64,000 bases of DNA. Origin: Escherichia coli (lineage in GTDB: Bacteria > Pseudomonadota > Gammaproteobacteria > Enterobacterales > Enterobacteriaceae). The notes under the pieces were generated by a model that saw only the letters and a program-made list of their open reading frames with translations, was not told the origin of the DNA and made no database searches. The translations under genes and the position numbers were made by a program. This document shows, piece by piece, positions 25,022-36,662 of this stretch (positions within the stretch are counted from its first letter, which is position 1; each line of letters begins with the position of its first letter). The stretch lies in the NCBI RefSeq assembly GCF_044324785.1, contig NZ_CP172127.1; one strand, given 5' to 3'.

Positions 25022-26131
25022 ATGAAACGGAATGCGAAACCTATCATCGCAGGGATGATTGCACTGGCAATTTCACACACCGCTATGGCTGACGATATTA
25101 AAGTCGCCGTTGTCGGCGCGATGTCCGGCCCGATTGCCCAGTGGGGCGATATGGAATTTAACGGCGCGCGTCAGGCGATTAAAGACATTAATGCCAAAGG
25201 GGGAATTAAAGGCGATAAGCTGGTTGGCGTGGAATATGACGACGCCTGCGACCCGAAACAAGCCGTTGCGGTCGCCAACAAAATCGTTAACGACGGCATT
25301 AAATACGTTATTGGGCACTTGTGTTCCTCCTCTACCCAACCTGCATCAGATATCTACGAAGACGAAGGTATTCTGATGATCTCGCCGGGAGCGACCAACC
25401 CGGAGCTGACCCAACGCGGTTATCAATACATCATGCGTACTGCCGGGCTGGACTCTTCCCAGGGGCCAACGGCGGCAAAATACATTCTTGAGACGGTGAA
25501 GCCCCAGCGCATCGCCATCATTCACGACAAACAACAGTATGGCGAAGGGCTGGCACGTTCGGTGCAGGACGGGCTGAAAGCGGCTAACGCCAACGTTGTC
25601 TTCTTCGACGGTATTACCGCGGGTGAGAAAGATTTCTCCGCGCTGATCGCCCGCCTGAAAAAAGAAAATATCGACTTCGTTTACTACGGCGGTTACTACC
25701 CGGAAATGGGGCAGATGCTGCGCCAGGCCCGTTCTGTCGGCCTGAAAACCCAATTTATGGGGCCGGAAGGTGTGGGTAATGCGTCGCTGTCGAACATTGC
25801 TGGCGATGCTGCCGAAGGCATGTTGGTCACCATGCCAAAACGCTATGACCAGGACCCGGCAAACAAAGGCATCGTTGATGCGCTGAAAGCAGACAAGAAA
25901 GATCCATCCGGGCCATATGTCTGGATCACCTACGCGGCGGTGCAATCTCTGGCAACTGCCCTTGAGCGTACCGGCAGCGATGAGCCGCTGGCGCTGGTGA
26001 AAGATTTAAAAGCTAACGGTGCAAATACCGTGATTGGGCCGCTGAACTGGGATGAAAAAGGCGATCTTAAGGGATTTGATTTTGGTGTCTTCCAGTGGCA
26101 CGCCGACGGTTCATCCACGGCAGCCAAGTGA
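25022..26131 (+). CDS. livK: Periplasmic leucine-specific binding protein LivK
   Basis: Start at [23 protein letters not shown] gives 369 aa; first gene of livKHMGF. Confidence 0.92.
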   Translation: MKRNAKPIIAGMIALAISHTAMADDIKVAVVGAMSGPIAQWGDMEFNGARQAIKDINAKGGIKGDKLVGVEYDDACDPKQAVAVANKIVNDGIKYVIGHLCSSSTQPASDIYEDEGILMISPGATNPELTQRGYQYIMRTAGLDSSQGPTAAKYILETVKPQRIAIIHDKQQYGEGLARSVQDGLKAANANVVFFDGITAGEKDFSALIARLKKENIDFVYYGGYYPEMGQMLRQARSVGLKTQFMGPEGVGNASLSNIAGDAAEGMLVTMPKRYDQDPANKGIVDALKADKKDPSGPYVWITYAAVQSLATALERTGSDEPLALVKDLKANGANTVIGPLNWDEKGDLKGFDFGVFQWHADGSSTAAK

Positions 26132-26178
26132 TCATCCCACCGCCCGTGAAAAACGGGCGGGTTTAGAAAGGTTACCTT

Positions 26179-27105
26179 ATGTCTGAGCAGTTTTTGTATT
26201 TCTTGCAGCAGATGTTTAACGGCGTCACGCTGGGCAGTACCTACGCGCTGATAGCCATCGGCTACACCATGGTTTACGGCATTATCGGCATGATCAACTT
26301 CGCCCACGGTGAGGTTTATATGATCGGCAGCTACGTCTCCTTTATGATCATCGCTGCACTGATGATGCTGGGAATTGATACCGGCTGGCTGCTGGTGGCG
26401 GCGGGATTCGTTGGCGCAATCGTCATTGCCAGCGCCTACGGCTGGAGTATCGAACGGGTGGCTTACCGCCCGGTGCGTAACTCTAAGCGCCTGATTGCGC
26501 TTATTTCCGCAATCGGCATGTCCATCTTCCTGCAAAACTACGTCAGCCTGACCGAAGGTTCGCGCGACGTGGCGCTGCCGAGCCTGTTTAACGGTCAGTG
26601 GGTGGTGGGCCATAGCGAAAACTTCTCTGCCTCTATTACTACCATGCAGGCGGTGATCTGGATTGTCACCTTCCTCGCCATGCTGGCGCTGACGATTTTC
26701 ATTCGTTATTCCCGTATGGGGCGCGCCTGCCGTGCCTGCGCCGAAGATCTGAAAATGGCGAGCCTGCTTGGCATTAACACCGACCGGGTGATTGCGCTGA
26801 CCTTTGTGATTGGCGCGGCGATGGCGGCGGTGGCGGGTGTGCTGCTCGGTCAGTTCTACGGCGTCATTAACCCCTACATCGGCTTTATGGCCGGGATGAA
26901 AGCCTTTACCGCTGCGGTGCTCGGTGGGATTGGCAGCATTCCGGGAGCGATGATTGGCGGCCTGATTCTGGGGATTGCGGAGGCGCTCTCTTCTGCCTAT
27001 CTGAGTACGGAATATAAAGATGTGGTCTCATTCGCCCTGCTGATTCTGGTGTTGCTGGTGATGCCGACCGGTATTCTGGGTCGCCCGGAGGTAGAGAAAG
27101 TATGA
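26179..27105 (+). CDS. livH: Branched-chain amino-acid ABC permease LivH
   Basis: 308-aa permease; 4-bp overlap with livM. Confidence 0.93.
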   Translation: MSEQFLYFLQQMFNGVTLGSTYALIAIGYTMVYGIIGMINFAHGEVYMIGSYVSFMIIAALMMLGIDTGWLLVAAGFVGAIVIASAYGWSIERVAYRPVRNSKRLIALISAIGMSIFLQNYVSLTEGSRDVALPSLFNGQWVVGHSENFSASITTMQAVIWIVTFLAMLALTIFIRYSRMGRACRACAEDLKMASLLGINTDRVIALTFVIGAAMAAVAGVLLGQFYGVINPYIGFMAGMKAFTAAVLGGIGSIPGAMIGGLILGIAEALSSAYLSTEYKDVVSFALLILVLLVMPTGILGRPEVEKV

Positions 27106-28379
27106 AACCGATGCATATTGCAATGGCGCTGCTTTCTGCCGCGATGTTCTTTGTCCTCGCTGGCGTCTTTATGGGCGTGCAACTGGAGCTGGATGGCACC
27201 AAACTGGTGGTCGATAGCGCTTCGGATGTCCGTTGGCAGTGGGTGTTTATCGGCACGGCGGTGGTCTTTTTCTTCCAGCTTTTGCGACCGGCTTTCCAGA
27301 AAGGGTTGAAAAGCATTTCCGGACCGAAGTTTATTCTGCCCGCCATTGATGGCTCCACGGTGAAGCAAAAGCTGTTTCTCGTGGCGCTGCTGGTGCTTGC
27401 GGTGGCGTGGCCGTTTATGGTCTCACGCGGGACGGTGGATATCGCCACTCTGACCATGATCTACATTATTCTTGGTCTCGGGCTGAACGTGGTGGTAGGG
27501 CTTTCTGGTCTGCTGGTGCTCGGTTACGGCGGCTTTTACGCCATCGGCGCTTACACCTTTGCGCTGCTCAATCACTATTACGGTCTGGGGTTCTGGACCT
27601 GTCTGCCCATTGCCGGGTTAATGGCAGCGGCGGCGGGCTTCCTGCTCGGCTTCCCGGTGTTGCGTTTACGTGGCGACTATCTGGCGATCGTTACCCTCGG
27701 TTTCGGCGAAATTGTGCGCATATTGCTGCTCAATAACACTGAAATCACCGGCGGCCCGAACGGAATCAGTCAGATCCCGAAACCGACGCTCTTCGGACTC
27801 GAGTTCAGCCGTACCGCCCGTGAAGGCGGCTGGGACACGTTCAGTAATTTCTTTGGCCTGAAATACGATCCCTCCGATCGCGTCATCTTCCTCTACCTGG
27901 TGGCGTTGCTGCTGGTGGTGTTAAGCCTGTTTGTCATTAACCGCCTGCTGCGGATGCCGCTGGGGCGTGCGTGGGAAGCGTTGCGTGAAGACGAAATTGC
28001 CTGCCGTTCGCTGGGCTTAAGCCCGCGTCGTATCAAGCTGACTGCCTTTACCATCAGCGCCGCGTTTGCCGGTTTTGCCGGAACGCTGTTTGCTGCGCGT
28101 CAGGGCTTTGTCAGCCCGGAATCCTTCACCTTTGCCGAATCGGCGTTTGTGCTGGCGATAGTGGTGCTCGGCGGTATGGGCTCGCAATTTGCGGTAATTC
28201 TGGCGGCAATTTTGCTGGTGGTGTCGCGCGAATTGATGCGTGATTTCAACGAATACAGCATGTTAATGCTCGGTGGTTTGATGGTGCTGATGATGATCTG
28301 GCGTCCGCAGGGTTTGCTGCCCATGACGCGCCCGCAACTCAAGCTGAAGAACGGCGCAGCGAAAGGAGAGCAGGCATGA
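27102..28379 (+). CDS. livM: Branched-chain amino-acid ABC permease LivM
   Basis: 425-aa permease; 4-bp overlap with livG. Confidence 0.93.
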   Translation: MKPMHIAMALLSAAMFFVLAGVFMGVQLELDGTKLVVDSASDVRWQWVFIGTAVVFFFQLLRPAFQKGLKSISGPKFILPAIDGSTVKQKLFLVALLVLAVAWPFMVSRGTVDIATLTMIYIILGLGLNVVVGLSGLLVLGYGGFYAIGAYTFALLNHYYGLGFWTCLPIAGLMAAAAGFLLGFPVLRLRGDYLAIVTLGFGEIVRILLLNNTEITGGPNGISQIPKPTLFGLEFSRTAREGGWDTFSNFFGLKYDPSDRVIFLYLVALLLVVLSLFVINRLLRMPLGRAWEALREDEIACRSLGLSPRRIKLTAFTISAAFAGFAGTLFAARQGFVSPESFTFAESAFVLAIVVLGGMGSQFAVILAAILLVVSRELMRDFNEYSMLMLGGLMVLMMIWRPQGLLPMTRPQLKLKNGAAKGEQA

Positions 28380-29143
28380 GTCAGCCATTATTATCTGTTA
28401 ACGGTCTGATGATGCGCTTCGGCGGCCTGCTGGCGGTGAACAACGTCAATCTTGAACTGTACCCGCAGGAGATCGTGTCGTTAATCGGCCCTAACGGTGC
28501 CGGAAAAACCACGGTCTTCAACTGCCTGACCGGATTCTATAAACCCACCGGCGGCACCATTTTACTGCGCGATCAGCATCTGGAAGGTTTGCCGGGGCAG
28601 CAAATTGCCCGCATGGGCGTGGTGCGAACCTTCCAGCATGTGCGTCTGTTCCGTGAAATGACGGTGATTGAAAACCTGCTGGTGGCGCAGCATCAGCAAC
28701 TGAAAACCGGGCTGTTCTCTGGCCTGTTGAAAACGCCTTCTTTCCGTCGCGCCCAGAGCGAAGCGCTCGACCGCGCCGCCACCTGGCTTGAGCGCATTGG
28801 TTTGCTGGAACACGCCAACCGTCAGGCGAGTAACCTGGCCTATGGTGACCAACGCCGTCTGGAGATTGCCCGTTGCATGGTGACGCAGCCGGAGATTTTA
28901 ATGCTCGACGAACCGGCGGCAGGTCTTAATCCGAAAGAGACGAAAGAGCTGGATGAGCTGATTGCCGAACTGCGTAACCATCACAACACCACTATCTTGT
29001 TGATTGAACATGATATGAAGCTGGTGATGGGGATTTCAGACAGAATCTACGTGGTCAATCAGGGGACGCCGCTGGCAAACGGTACGCCGGAGCAAATCCG
29101 TAATAACCCGGACGTGATCCGTGCCTATTTAGGTGAGGCATAA
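28376..29143 (+). CDS. livG: Branched-chain amino-acid ABC ATPase LivG
   Basis: 255 aa with Walker A (GPNGAGKTT). Confidence 0.93.
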   Translation: MSQPLLSVNGLMMRFGGLLAVNNVNLELYPQEIVSLIGPNGAGKTTVFNCLTGFYKPTGGTILLRDQHLEGLPGQQIARMGVVRTFQHVRLFREMTVIENLLVAQHQQLKTGLFSGLLKTPSFRRAQSEALDRAATWLERIGLLEHANRQASNLAYGDQRRLEIARCMVTQPEILMLDEPAAGLNPKETKELDELIAELRNHHNTTILLIEHDMKLVMGISDRIYVVNQGTPLANGTPEQIRNNPDVIRAYLGEA

Positions 29144-29144
29144 G

Positions 29145-29858
29145 ATGGAAAAAGTCATGTTGTCCTTTAACAAAGTCAGCGCCCACTATGGCAAAATCCA
29201 GGCGCTGCATGAGGTGAGCCTGCATATCAATCAGGGCGAGATTGTCACCCTGATTGGCGCGAACGGCGCGGGGAAAACCACCTTACTCGGCACGCTATGC
29301 GGCGACCCGCGCGCCACCAGCGGGCGAATTGTGTTTGATGATAAAGACATTACCGACTGGCAGACGGCGAAAATCATGCGCGAAGCGGTGGCGATTGTCC
29401 CGGAAGGGCGTCGTGTTTTCTCGCGGATGACGGTGGAAGAGAACCTGGCGATGGGCGGTTTTTTTGCTGAACGTGACCAGTTCCAGGAACGCATAAAGTG
29501 GGTGTATGAACTGTTTCCGCGTCTCCATGAACGCCGTGTTCAGCGGGCGGGCACCATGTCCGGCGGTGAGCAGCAGATGCTGGCGATTGGTCGCGCGCTG
29601 ATGAGCAACCCGCGTTTATTGTTGCTTGATGAGCCATCGCTCGGTCTTGCGCCGATTATCATCCAGCAAATTTTCGACACCATCGAGCAGCTGCGCGAGC
29701 AGGGGATGACCATCTTCCTCGTCGAGCAGAACGCCAACCAGGCGCTAAAACTGGCGGATCGCGGCTACGTGCTGGAAAACGGTCATGTGGTGCTCTCCGA
29801 TACTGGCGATGCGCTGCTGGCAAATGAAGCGGTGAGAAGTGCGTATTTAGGCGGGTAA
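29145..29858 (+). CDS. livF: Branched-chain amino-acid ABC ATPase LivF
   Basis: Start at MEKVMLSF, 2 nt after the livG stop, gives 237 aa; Walker A GANGAGKTT. Confidence 0.92.
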   Translation: MEKVMLSFNKVSAHYGKIQALHEVSLHINQGEIVTLIGANGAGKTTLLGTLCGDPRATSGRIVFDDKDITDWQTAKIMREAVAIVPEGRRVFSRMTVEENLAMGGFFAERDQFQERIKWVYELFPRLHERRVQRAGTMSGGEQQMLAIGRALMSNPRLLLLDEPSLGLAPIIIQQIFDTIEQLREQGMTIFLVEQNANQALKLADRGYVLENGHVVLSDTGDALLANEAVRSAYLGG

Positions 29859-29867
29859 ATTATCGAT

Positions 29868-29906
29868 AACCCGGCAGCCACGTTCTGCCGGGTTATTCGT
29901 CCGTTT
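29868..29906 (+). terminator. livF intrinsic terminator
   Basis: AACCCGGCAG / CTGCCGGGTT 10-bp stem with a 7-nt loop, followed by a moderately T-rich tail. Confidence 0.6.
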
Positions 29907-29976
29907 ACAGACTTGTTTCGACTGACCGGGAGGATTAAAACCAGACCACTTATTTGCCACGGAAAGGTTCCCTCCC

Positions 29977-30723
29977 ATGCATTATGCCGTTGTCGTCATG
30001 CTTGAACTGCTTTGCTGTATTCACGCTTATCGCTCCGGACAAGAGCGATACTGGATTTTTATTATCTTCTGTTTTCCGGTGATTGGCTGCGTGGCGTATT
30101 TCGTCATGGTTATGCTGCCTGAAACGGGCGCTGACCGTCACGGGCGTACTTTGCTGATGCGCCTGCAGGACAAAATCAGCCCGGAACGCCACCTGCACAA
30201 ATTAACCGAAGAGCTGGCGATTGCCGAGACCAATCAAAACCATTATGCGTTAGCTAACGAACTGGCGCGCCTTGGGCGTTATCACGAAGCCGTTCCCCAT
30301 TATCAGCAGGCGTTAAGCGGAATTTTCGCCCATGAAGCGGTAATGATGTTAAGCCTGGCGCAGGCGCAATTTGCTATTCAGGAGTTCGCCGCCTGTCAGC
30401 AGACGCTGGAAGATGTGATGCGTTATAACCCCGATTTTCAGTCGGCAGACGGGCATTTGTTATTTGCCAGAGCGTTAGCCGCACAAGAAGAATACGCTGA
30501 TGCGGAAAGTGAGTTTGAAGTGTTGGTTTCTTATTACCCCGGCCCGCAGGCGCGTATTTACTATGCGGAAATGCTGGCGAAAATGAGTCGGTTACGTGAA
30601 GCCAACGAGCAGTATGTTGCTGTGGTTGATACGGCTAAACGCTCAAGAGCGCATTATAGAAAACACTACCGGGAATGGATTAAGACCGCCAATGAACGGT
30701 TGAAGCAGAGTGTGGTGCAATGA
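29977..30723 (+). CDS. Hypothetical membrane protein: N-terminal two-TM domain resembling the PLD/cardiolipin-synthase N-terminal domain, plus a C-terminal TPR-like helical domain
   Basis: 248-aa ORF with two hydrophobic helices and a W...FP.IG...Y pattern (WIFIIFCFPVIGCVAYFV), followed by alanine-rich repeats with TPR-like periodicity. I do not recall a gene between livF and ugpB in K-12. Confidence 0.6.
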   Translation: MHYAVVVMLELLCCIHAYRSGQERYWIFIIFCFPVIGCVAYFVMVMLPETGADRHGRTLLMRLQDKISPERHLHKLTEELAIAETNQNHYALANELARLGRYHEAVPHYQQALSGIFAHEAVMMLSLAQAQFAIQEFAACQQTLEDVMRYNPDFQSADGHLLFARALAAQEEYADAESEFEVLVSYYPGPQARIYYAEMLAKMSRLREANEQYVAVVDTAKRSRAHYRKHYREWIKTANERLKQSVVQ

Positions 30724-30793
30724 AAATCTTCTTTGCCGTTAGACAAGTGTCGCGGCAATCTTTTGTTAAAATTGAAAAATGTAGCTCTCATCG

Positions 30794-30837
30794 GGCAGCA
30801 AAACTGGACGCAGAATTTGCTGCCATTTTTGCTCTTC
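30794..30837 (+). terminator. Intrinsic terminator after the 248-aa ORF
   Basis: GGCAGCAAA / TTTGCTGCC 9-bp stem with a 13-nt loop, followed by ATTTTTGCTCTTC. Confidence 0.5.
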
Positions 30838-30946
30838 ATGGTAAGGAGTTCTGGCGATTAGCTGGCCGTTAATCGCCTCTTTTCAGTGCATTCTCGGGAT
30901 ATCCGTGCCCCATCTCCCATTTTCCCTCACCCGTACCGTCACCGCC

Positions 30947-30964
30947 TTGTCATCTTTCTGACAC
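30947..30964 (+). promoter_or_regulatory. Pho-box-like element in the ugpB promoter
   Basis: TTGTCAT-CTTT-CTGACAC resembles the PhoB direct-repeat box (CTGTCAT-N4-CTGTCAT), about 120 bp upstream of ugpB. ugp is a known Pho-regulon operon. Confidence 0.5.
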
Positions 30965-31082
30965 CTTACTATCTTACAAATGTAACAAAAAAGTTATTTT
31001 TCTGTAATTCGAGCATGTCATGTTACCCCGCGAGCATAAAACGCGTGAATTCGCGCATTCGGTACAACAAGAGAGATAAACG

Positions 31083-32399
31083 ATGAAACCGTTACATTAT
31101 ACAGCTTCAGCACTGGCGCTCGGACTGGCGTTAATGGGGAATGCACAGGCAGTGACGACCATTCCGTTCTGGCATTCTATGGAAGGGGAACTGGGTAAAG
31201 AGGTGGATTCTCTGGCCCAACGTTTTAACGCCGAAAACCCGGATTACAAAATTGTACCGACCTATAAAGGCAACTACGAACAGAATTTAAGCGCGGGGAT
31301 TGCCGCATTTCGTACCGGCAACGCGCCGGCTATTTTGCAGGTTTATGAAGTTGGCACCGCCACCATGATGGCGTCTAAGGCCATTAAACCGGTATATGAC
31401 GTGTTTAAAGAGGCGGGGATTCAATTCGATGAGTCGCAGTTTGTGCCGACGGTTTCAGGTTACTACTCCGACAGCAAAACCGGCCACTTACTCTCCCAGC
31501 CGTTCAACAGCTCGACTCCCGTTCTCTATTACAACAAAGACGCCTTCAAGAAAGCTGGGCTAGACCCGGAACAGCCGCCGAAAACCTGGCAGGATCTGGC
31601 GGACTATGCCGCAAAACTGAAAGCCTCCGGCATGAAGTGCGGCTACGCCAGCGGCTGGCAGGGCTGGATCCAACTGGAAAACTTTAGCGCCTGGAACGGT
31701 CTGCCGTTTGCCAGCAAAAACAACGGCTTTGACGGCACGGACGCGGTGCTGGAGTTCAACAAGCCGGAGCAGGTGAAACACATCGCCATGCTCGAAGAGA
31801 TGAACAAGAAGGGCGACTTCAGCTACGTCGGTCGTAAGGATGAATCCACCGAGAAGTTCTATAACGGTGATTGCGCGATGACCACCGCCTCTTCCGGTTC
31901 GCTTGCCAACATTCGCGAGTACGCCAAATTTAACTATGGCGTAGGCATGATGCCTTACGACGCCGATGCGAAAGATGCGCCACAAAACGCCATTATCGGC
32001 GGAGCCAGCCTGTGGGTGATGCAGGGTAAAGATAAAGAAACGTATACCGGTGTGGCGAAGTTCCTCGACTTCCTCGCGAAGCCAGAAAACGCTGCCGAGT
32101 GGCATCAGAAAACTGGTTATCTGCCAATCACCAAAGCGGCGTATGACCTGACCCGTGAGCAGGGTTTTTATGAGAAAAACCCAGGGGCGGATACCGCGAC
32201 GCGTCAGATGCTGAATAAGCCGCCGTTACCGTTCACCAAAGGGCTGCGTCTGGGCAACATGCCGCAGATCCGCGTGATTGTGGATGAAGAGCTGGAGAGC
32301 GTGTGGACCGGTAAGAAGACACCACAGCAGGCACTGGATACCGCCGTTGAGCGTGGGAACCAGTTACTGCGCCGCTTTGAGAAATCGACGAAGTCTTAA
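31083..32399 (+). CDS. ugpB: Periplasmic sn-glycerol-3-phosphate-binding protein UgpB
   Basis: 438 aa with signal peptide ([23 protein letters not shown]). Confidence 0.95.
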   Translation: MKPLHYTASALALGLALMGNAQAVTTIPFWHSMEGELGKEVDSLAQRFNAENPDYKIVPTYKGNYEQNLSAGIAAFRTGNAPAILQVYEVGTATMMASKAIKPVYDVFKEAGIQFDESQFVPTVSGYYSDSKTGHLLSQPFNSSTPVLYYNKDAFKKAGLDPEQPPKTWQDLADYAAKLKASGMKCGYASGWQGWIQLENFSAWNGLPFASKNNGFDGTDAVLEFNKPEQVKHIAMLEEMNKKGDFSYVGRKDESTEKFYNGDCAMTTASSGSLANIREYAKFNYGVGMMPYDADAKDAPQNAIIGGASLWVMQGKDKETYTGVAKFLDFLAKPENAAEWHQKTGYLPITKAAYDLTREQGFYEKNPGADTATRQMLNKPPLPFTKGLRLGNMPQIRVIVDEELESVWTGKKTPQQALDTAVERGNQLLRRFEKSTKS

Positions 32400-32404
32400 T
32401 TCTC

Positions 32405-32551
32405 TTACCCTCACCCTAACCCTCTCCCAAAGGGAGAGGGGACCGATCGGCGTGGTATCCAGGTGCCGTGTCGGTTTGCAACTTCGCTCGGTGGGAAAGT
32501 ATGCACCGCCTTTCTCCCTCGCCCCTCTGGGGAGAGGGCCGGGGTGAGGGG
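32405..32551. repeat. Long GC-rich palindromic intergenic repeat between ugpB and ugpA
   Basis: Arm CCCTCACCCTAACCCTCTCCC (32408..32428) pairs with inverted GGGAGAGGGCCGGGGTGAGGG near 32530..32550; each arm also holds a local hairpin (CCCTCTCCC-AAA-GGGAGAGGG). A partial copy lies at 13845..13883. Confidence 0.55.
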
Positions 32552-32574
32552 AACACAACACGAAGAGTTTAACT

Positions 32575-33462
32575 ATGTCATCATCCCGTCCGGTGTTCCG
32601 CTCGCGCTGGCTGCCTTACCTGCTGGTCGCGCCGCAGCTCATCATCACCGTTATCTTTTTTATCTGGCCTGCGGGCGAAGCGTTGTGGTACTCGCTACAA
32701 AGCGTCGATCCATTTGGTTTCTCCAGCCAGTTTGTCGGTCTGGATAACTTCGTCGCGCTGTTTCATGACAGCTACTATCTCGACTCCTTCTGGACGACGA
32801 TAAAATTCAGCACCTTTGTCACCGTCAGCGGTTTGCTGGTATCGCTGTTCTTTGCGGCTCTGGTGGAGTACATCGTGCGCGGCAGCCGTTTCTATCAAAC
32901 CTTGATGCTGCTGCCGTATGCCGTGGCTCCCGCCGTTGCCGCCGTATTATGGATCTTCCTGTTTAACCCCGGTCGCGGGTTGATCACCCATTTTCTCGCT
33001 GAGTTCGGCTACGACTGGAACCATGCGCAAAACAGCGGTCAGGCGATGTTCCTGGTGGTGTTTGCCTCGGTGTGGAAGCAAATTAGCTACAACTTCCTGT
33101 TCTTCTATGCCGCGCTGCAATCCATTCCCCGCTCGTTGATCGAAGCCGCAGCCATCGACGGTGCAGGCCCGATTCGCCGCTTCTTTAAGATTGCGCTGCC
33201 GCTTATCGCTCCGGTGAGTTTCTTCCTGCTGGTGGTGAACCTGGTATACGCCTTCTTCGACACCTTCCCGGTGATCGACGCCGCCACGTCCGGCGGGCCG
33301 GTTCAGGCCACCACGACGCTGATTTATAAGATTTACCGCGAAGGCTTTACCGGACTGGATCTGGCTTCGTCTGCCGCGCAGTCGGTGGTGTTGATGTTCC
33401 TCGTCATCGTGCTGACGGTGGTGCAGTTCCGCTATGTTGAAAGCAAGGTGCGTTACCAATGA
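32575..33462 (+). CDS. ugpA: sn-Glycerol-3-phosphate ABC permease UgpA
   Basis: 295-aa permease; 4-bp overlap with ugpE. Confidence 0.93.
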   Translation: MSSSRPVFRSRWLPYLLVAPQLIITVIFFIWPAGEALWYSLQSVDPFGFSSQFVGLDNFVALFHDSYYLDSFWTTIKFSTFVTVSGLLVSLFFAALVEYIVRGSRFYQTLMLLPYAVAPAVAAVLWIFLFNPGRGLITHFLAEFGYDWNHAQNSGQAMFLVVFASVWKQISYNFLFFYAALQSIPRSLIEAAAIDGAGPIRRFFKIALPLIAPVSFFLLVVNLVYAFFDTFPVIDAATSGGPVQATTTLIYKIYREGFTGLDLASSAAQSVVLMFLVIVLTVVQFRYVESKVRYQ

Positions 33463-34304
33463 TTGAGAACCGTCCGTGGCTGACGATATTCAGCCATACC
33501 ATGCTGATCCTCGGGATCGCGGTGATCCTCTTCCCGCTGTACGTGGCGTTTGTCGCGGCGACGCTGGATAAACAAGCCGTCTACGCCGCGCCGATGACGC
33601 TAATCCCCGGCCCACATCTGCTGGAAAACATCCACAACATCTGGGTGAACGGGGTAGGCACGAATAGCGCGCCGTTCTGGCGGATGTTGCTTAACAGCTT
33701 CGTGATGGCGTTCAGCATTACGCTCGGCAAAATTACCGTCTCGATGCTTTCGGCATTTGCCATTGTCTGGTTTCGTTTTCCGCTGCGTAACCTCTTCTTC
33801 TGGATGATTTTTATCACCCTGATGCTGCCAGTTGAAGTACGTATCTTCCCGACGGTGGAAGTCATCGCCAACCTGAAAATGCTCGACAGCTACGCAGGCC
33901 TGACGCTGCCGCTGATGGCCTCGGCGACCGCTACCTTCCTGTTCCGCCAGTTCTTTATGACGCTGCCGGATGAACTGGTGGAAGCCGCGCGGATCGACGG
34001 CGCGTCACCAATGCGTTTCTTTTGCGACATCGTTTTTCCGCTCTCCAAAACTAATCTGGCGGCGCTGTTTGTGATCACCTTTATTTACGGCTGGAACCAG
34101 TATTTGTGGCCGTTGTTGATTATTACCGACGTTGATCTCGGCACCACCGTGGCAGGGATTAAAGGGATGATCGCCACTGGCGAAGGCACCACGGAATGGA
34201 ACTCAGTGATGGCGGCGATGTTGTTAACCCTGATCCCACCAGTAGTGATTGTTTTAGTGATGCAGCGTGCCTTTGTGCGCGGCCTGGTCGATAGTGAGAA
34301 ATAA
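33459..34304 (+). CDS. ugpE: sn-Glycerol-3-phosphate ABC permease UgpE
   Basis: 281-aa permease with the expected hydrophobic profile. Confidence 0.93.
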   Translation: MIENRPWLTIFSHTMLILGIAVILFPLYVAFVAATLDKQAVYAAPMTLIPGPHLLENIHNIWVNGVGTNSAPFWRMLLNSFVMAFSITLGKITVSMLSAFAIVWFRFPLRNLFFWMIFITLMLPVEVRIFPTVEVIANLKMLDSYAGLTLPLMASATATFLFRQFFMTLPDELVEAARIDGASPMRFFCDIVFPLSKTNLAALFVITFIYGWNQYLWPLLIITDVDLGTTVAGIKGMIATGEGTTEWNSVMAAMLLTLIPPVVIVLVMQRAFVRGLVDSEK

Positions 34305-34305
34305 G

Positions 34306-35376
34306 ATGGCAGGACTGAAATTACAGGCAGTAACCAAAAGCTGGGATGGCAAAACCCAGGTCATTAAACCGCTGACACTTGATGTGGCGGATGGCGAATT
34401 TATCGTGATGGTCGGGCCGTCTGGCTGCGGGAAATCGACGCTGCTGCGCATGGTTGCCGGGCTGGAGCGGGTGACGGAAGGCGATATCTGGATCAACGAC
34501 CAGCGGGTGACCGAAATGGAGCCGAAAGATCGCGGGATTGCGATGGTGTTCCAGAACTACGCTCTCTACCCACATATGAGCGTCGAAGAAAACATGGCGT
34601 GGGGGCTGAAAATTCGCGGCATGGGCAAGCAGCAAATTGCCGAACGTGTTAAAGAAGCGGCGCGCATTCTGGAGCTGGACGGCCTGCTTAAACGTCGCCC
34701 GCGCGAGCTATCTGGCGGTCAGCGTCAGCGTGTGGCGATGGGGCGTGCGATTGTGCGTGAGCCGGCAGTGTTCCTGTTTGATGAGCCGCTCTCTAACCTC
34801 GATGCCAAGCTGCGTGTGCAGATGCGCCTTGAACTGCAACAGCTGCACCGTCGCCTGAAAACGACTTCACTGTACGTTACTCACGATCAGGTTGAGGCGA
34901 TGACCCTCGCCCAGCGAGTGATGGTGATGAACGGCGGCGTTGCCGAACAGATTGGCACGCCAGTTGAAGTCTACGAAAAGCCCGCCAGCCTGTTTGTGGC
35001 GAGTTTTATTGGCAGTCCGGCGATGAACCTGCTGACAGGCCGCGTGAATAACGAAGGCACGCATTTCGAACTGGACGGCGGCATCGCGCTGCCGCTAAAC
35101 GGTGGCTACCGTCAGTATGCCGGGCGTAAAATGACCCTCGGCATTCGCCCGGAACATATAGCGCTAAGCTCGCAGGCAGAAGGTGGTGTGCCGCTGGTGA
35201 TGGACACGCTGGAGATCCTCGGTGCAGATAACCTGGCGCACGGACGCTGGGACGAACAGAAGCTGGTGGTGCGACTGGCGCATCAGGAGCGCCCGACGGC
35301 AGGCAGCACACTGTGGCTGCATCTGCCGGAAAATCAGCTGCATCTTTTTGATGGTGAAACAGGACAACGAGTATGA
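34306..35376 (+). CDS. ugpC: sn-Glycerol-3-phosphate ABC ATPase UgpC
   Basis: Start at MAGLKLQAV, 2 nt after the ugpE stop, gives 356 aa; Walker [10 protein letters not shown] and signature LSGGQRQR. Confidence 0.93.
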   Translation: MAGLKLQAVTKSWDGKTQVIKPLTLDVADGEFIVMVGPSGCGKSTLLRMVAGLERVTEGDIWINDQRVTEMEPKDRGIAMVFQNYALYPHMSVEENMAWGLKIRGMGKQQIAERVKEAARILELDGLLKRRPRELSGGQRQRVAMGRAIVREPAVFLFDEPLSNLDAKLRVQMRLELQQLHRRLKTTSLYVTHDQVEAMTLAQRVMVMNGGVAEQIGTPVEVYEKPASLFVASFIGSPAMNLLTGRVNNEGTHFELDGGIALPLNGGYRQYAGRKMTLGIRPEHIALSSQAEGGVPLVMDTLEILGADNLAHGRWDEQKLVVRLAHQERPTAGSTLWLHLPENQLHLFDGETGQRV

Positions 35377-36116
35377 GTAACTGGCCTTATCCCCGCATCG
35401 TCGCCCATCGTGGCGGCGGTAAACTGGCCCCGGAAAACACCCTGGCGGCAATCGACGTGGGGGCAAAATACGGTCATAAGATGATCGAATTTGACGCGAA
35501 GTTATCGAAAGATGGCGAGATCTTCCTGCTCCATGACGACAATCTCGAACGTACCAGCAACGGCTGGGGCGTCGCGGGTGAACTGAACTGGCAGGATTTA
35601 CTACGCGTGGATGCGGGCAGTTGGTACAGCAAAGCGTTTAAAGGTGAGCCGCTGCCGTTGCTTTCGCAGGTGGCGGAACGCTGTCGCGAACACGGGATGA
35701 TGGCGAATATCGAAATCAAACCCACCACTGGCACCGGGCCATTAACGGGCAAAACGGTGGCGCTGGCGGCACGCGAACTGTGGGCCGATATGACGCCGCC
35801 GCTGCTGTCATCGTTTGAGATTGATGCTTTAGAAGCTGCACAACAGGCGGCACCGGAACTGCCGCGCGGTTTATTGCTTGATGAGTGGCGCGACGACTGG
35901 CGAGAACTGACCGCGCGGCTGGGCTGCGTCTCTATTCATCTCAATCATAAGTTGCTCGATAAAGCGCGAGTGATGCAGTTGAAAGACGCCGGATTACGGA
36001 TTCTGGTTTATACCGTCAATAAACCCCAGCGCGCGGCAGAGTTGCTGCGCTGGGGCGTGGATTGCATCTGTACCGATGCGATTGACGTGATTGGTCCGAA
36101 CTTTACGGCCCAATAG
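35373..36116 (+). CDS. ugpQ: Glycerophosphodiester phosphodiesterase UgpQ
   Basis: 247 aa with the GDPD-family N-terminus ([18 protein letters not shown]). Confidence 0.93.
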
Positions 36117-36543
36117 TTTTCAACGGAATATCAGGCTGCGGCGTGCTGGGCTGATTCAGCATGTCGCCGTTTCTCCTCTCCGGCAGCATATGCTGCTGAT
36201 TCAACGAACTATCCGGATTACGGTTGCTGTTTAACATCCCGCCGTTGGTGTTGGGCAGCATTTGCTGCCGGGCGGGATTTCGCTCCCCCGGCTGTGACTG
36301 CAACACCCGCTGAGAATTATTGTTTATCTGGTTTTCTAAATGCTGTTGTTGCAACTGAGTTTGCGTTTTCAGTTGCTGATTCAGCATCCCTTTTTGCTGG
36401 ATTTGCTGCGTTTGCATTTGAGTCTGCATCCGCTGCTGGCTGGGGATCTGATATCCCGGCTGGTTGGGGTTGTTCAGAGTATTAATGGGCTGTGCAAAGC
36501 CGACAAACGGCAGGAGTGCCGTAAGAATCAGAAGTCGTTTCAT
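36103..36543 (-). CDS. yhhA: Gln-rich secreted protein YhhA (DUF2756)
   Basis: 146 aa with signal peptide and Q-rich low-complexity repeats; converges on ugpQ with a 14-bp overlap. Confidence 0.8.
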
Positions 36544-36662
36544 CGCGTATCCTCCTCTGAAGATATTCTTTAAGTTTACTCCTTTCCTGCAATCATCAGG
36601 ATTAATTCAGAGTTATATACCAGGCTTAGCTGGGGTTGCCCCTTAATCTCTGGAGAATAACG

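Noticed and set aside
32405-32551. CRISPR array or integron attC site
   Set aside because: Only one nested palindrome is present, with no regularly spaced direct repeats and no cas or integrase genes nearby; it fits an intergenic repeat element better.
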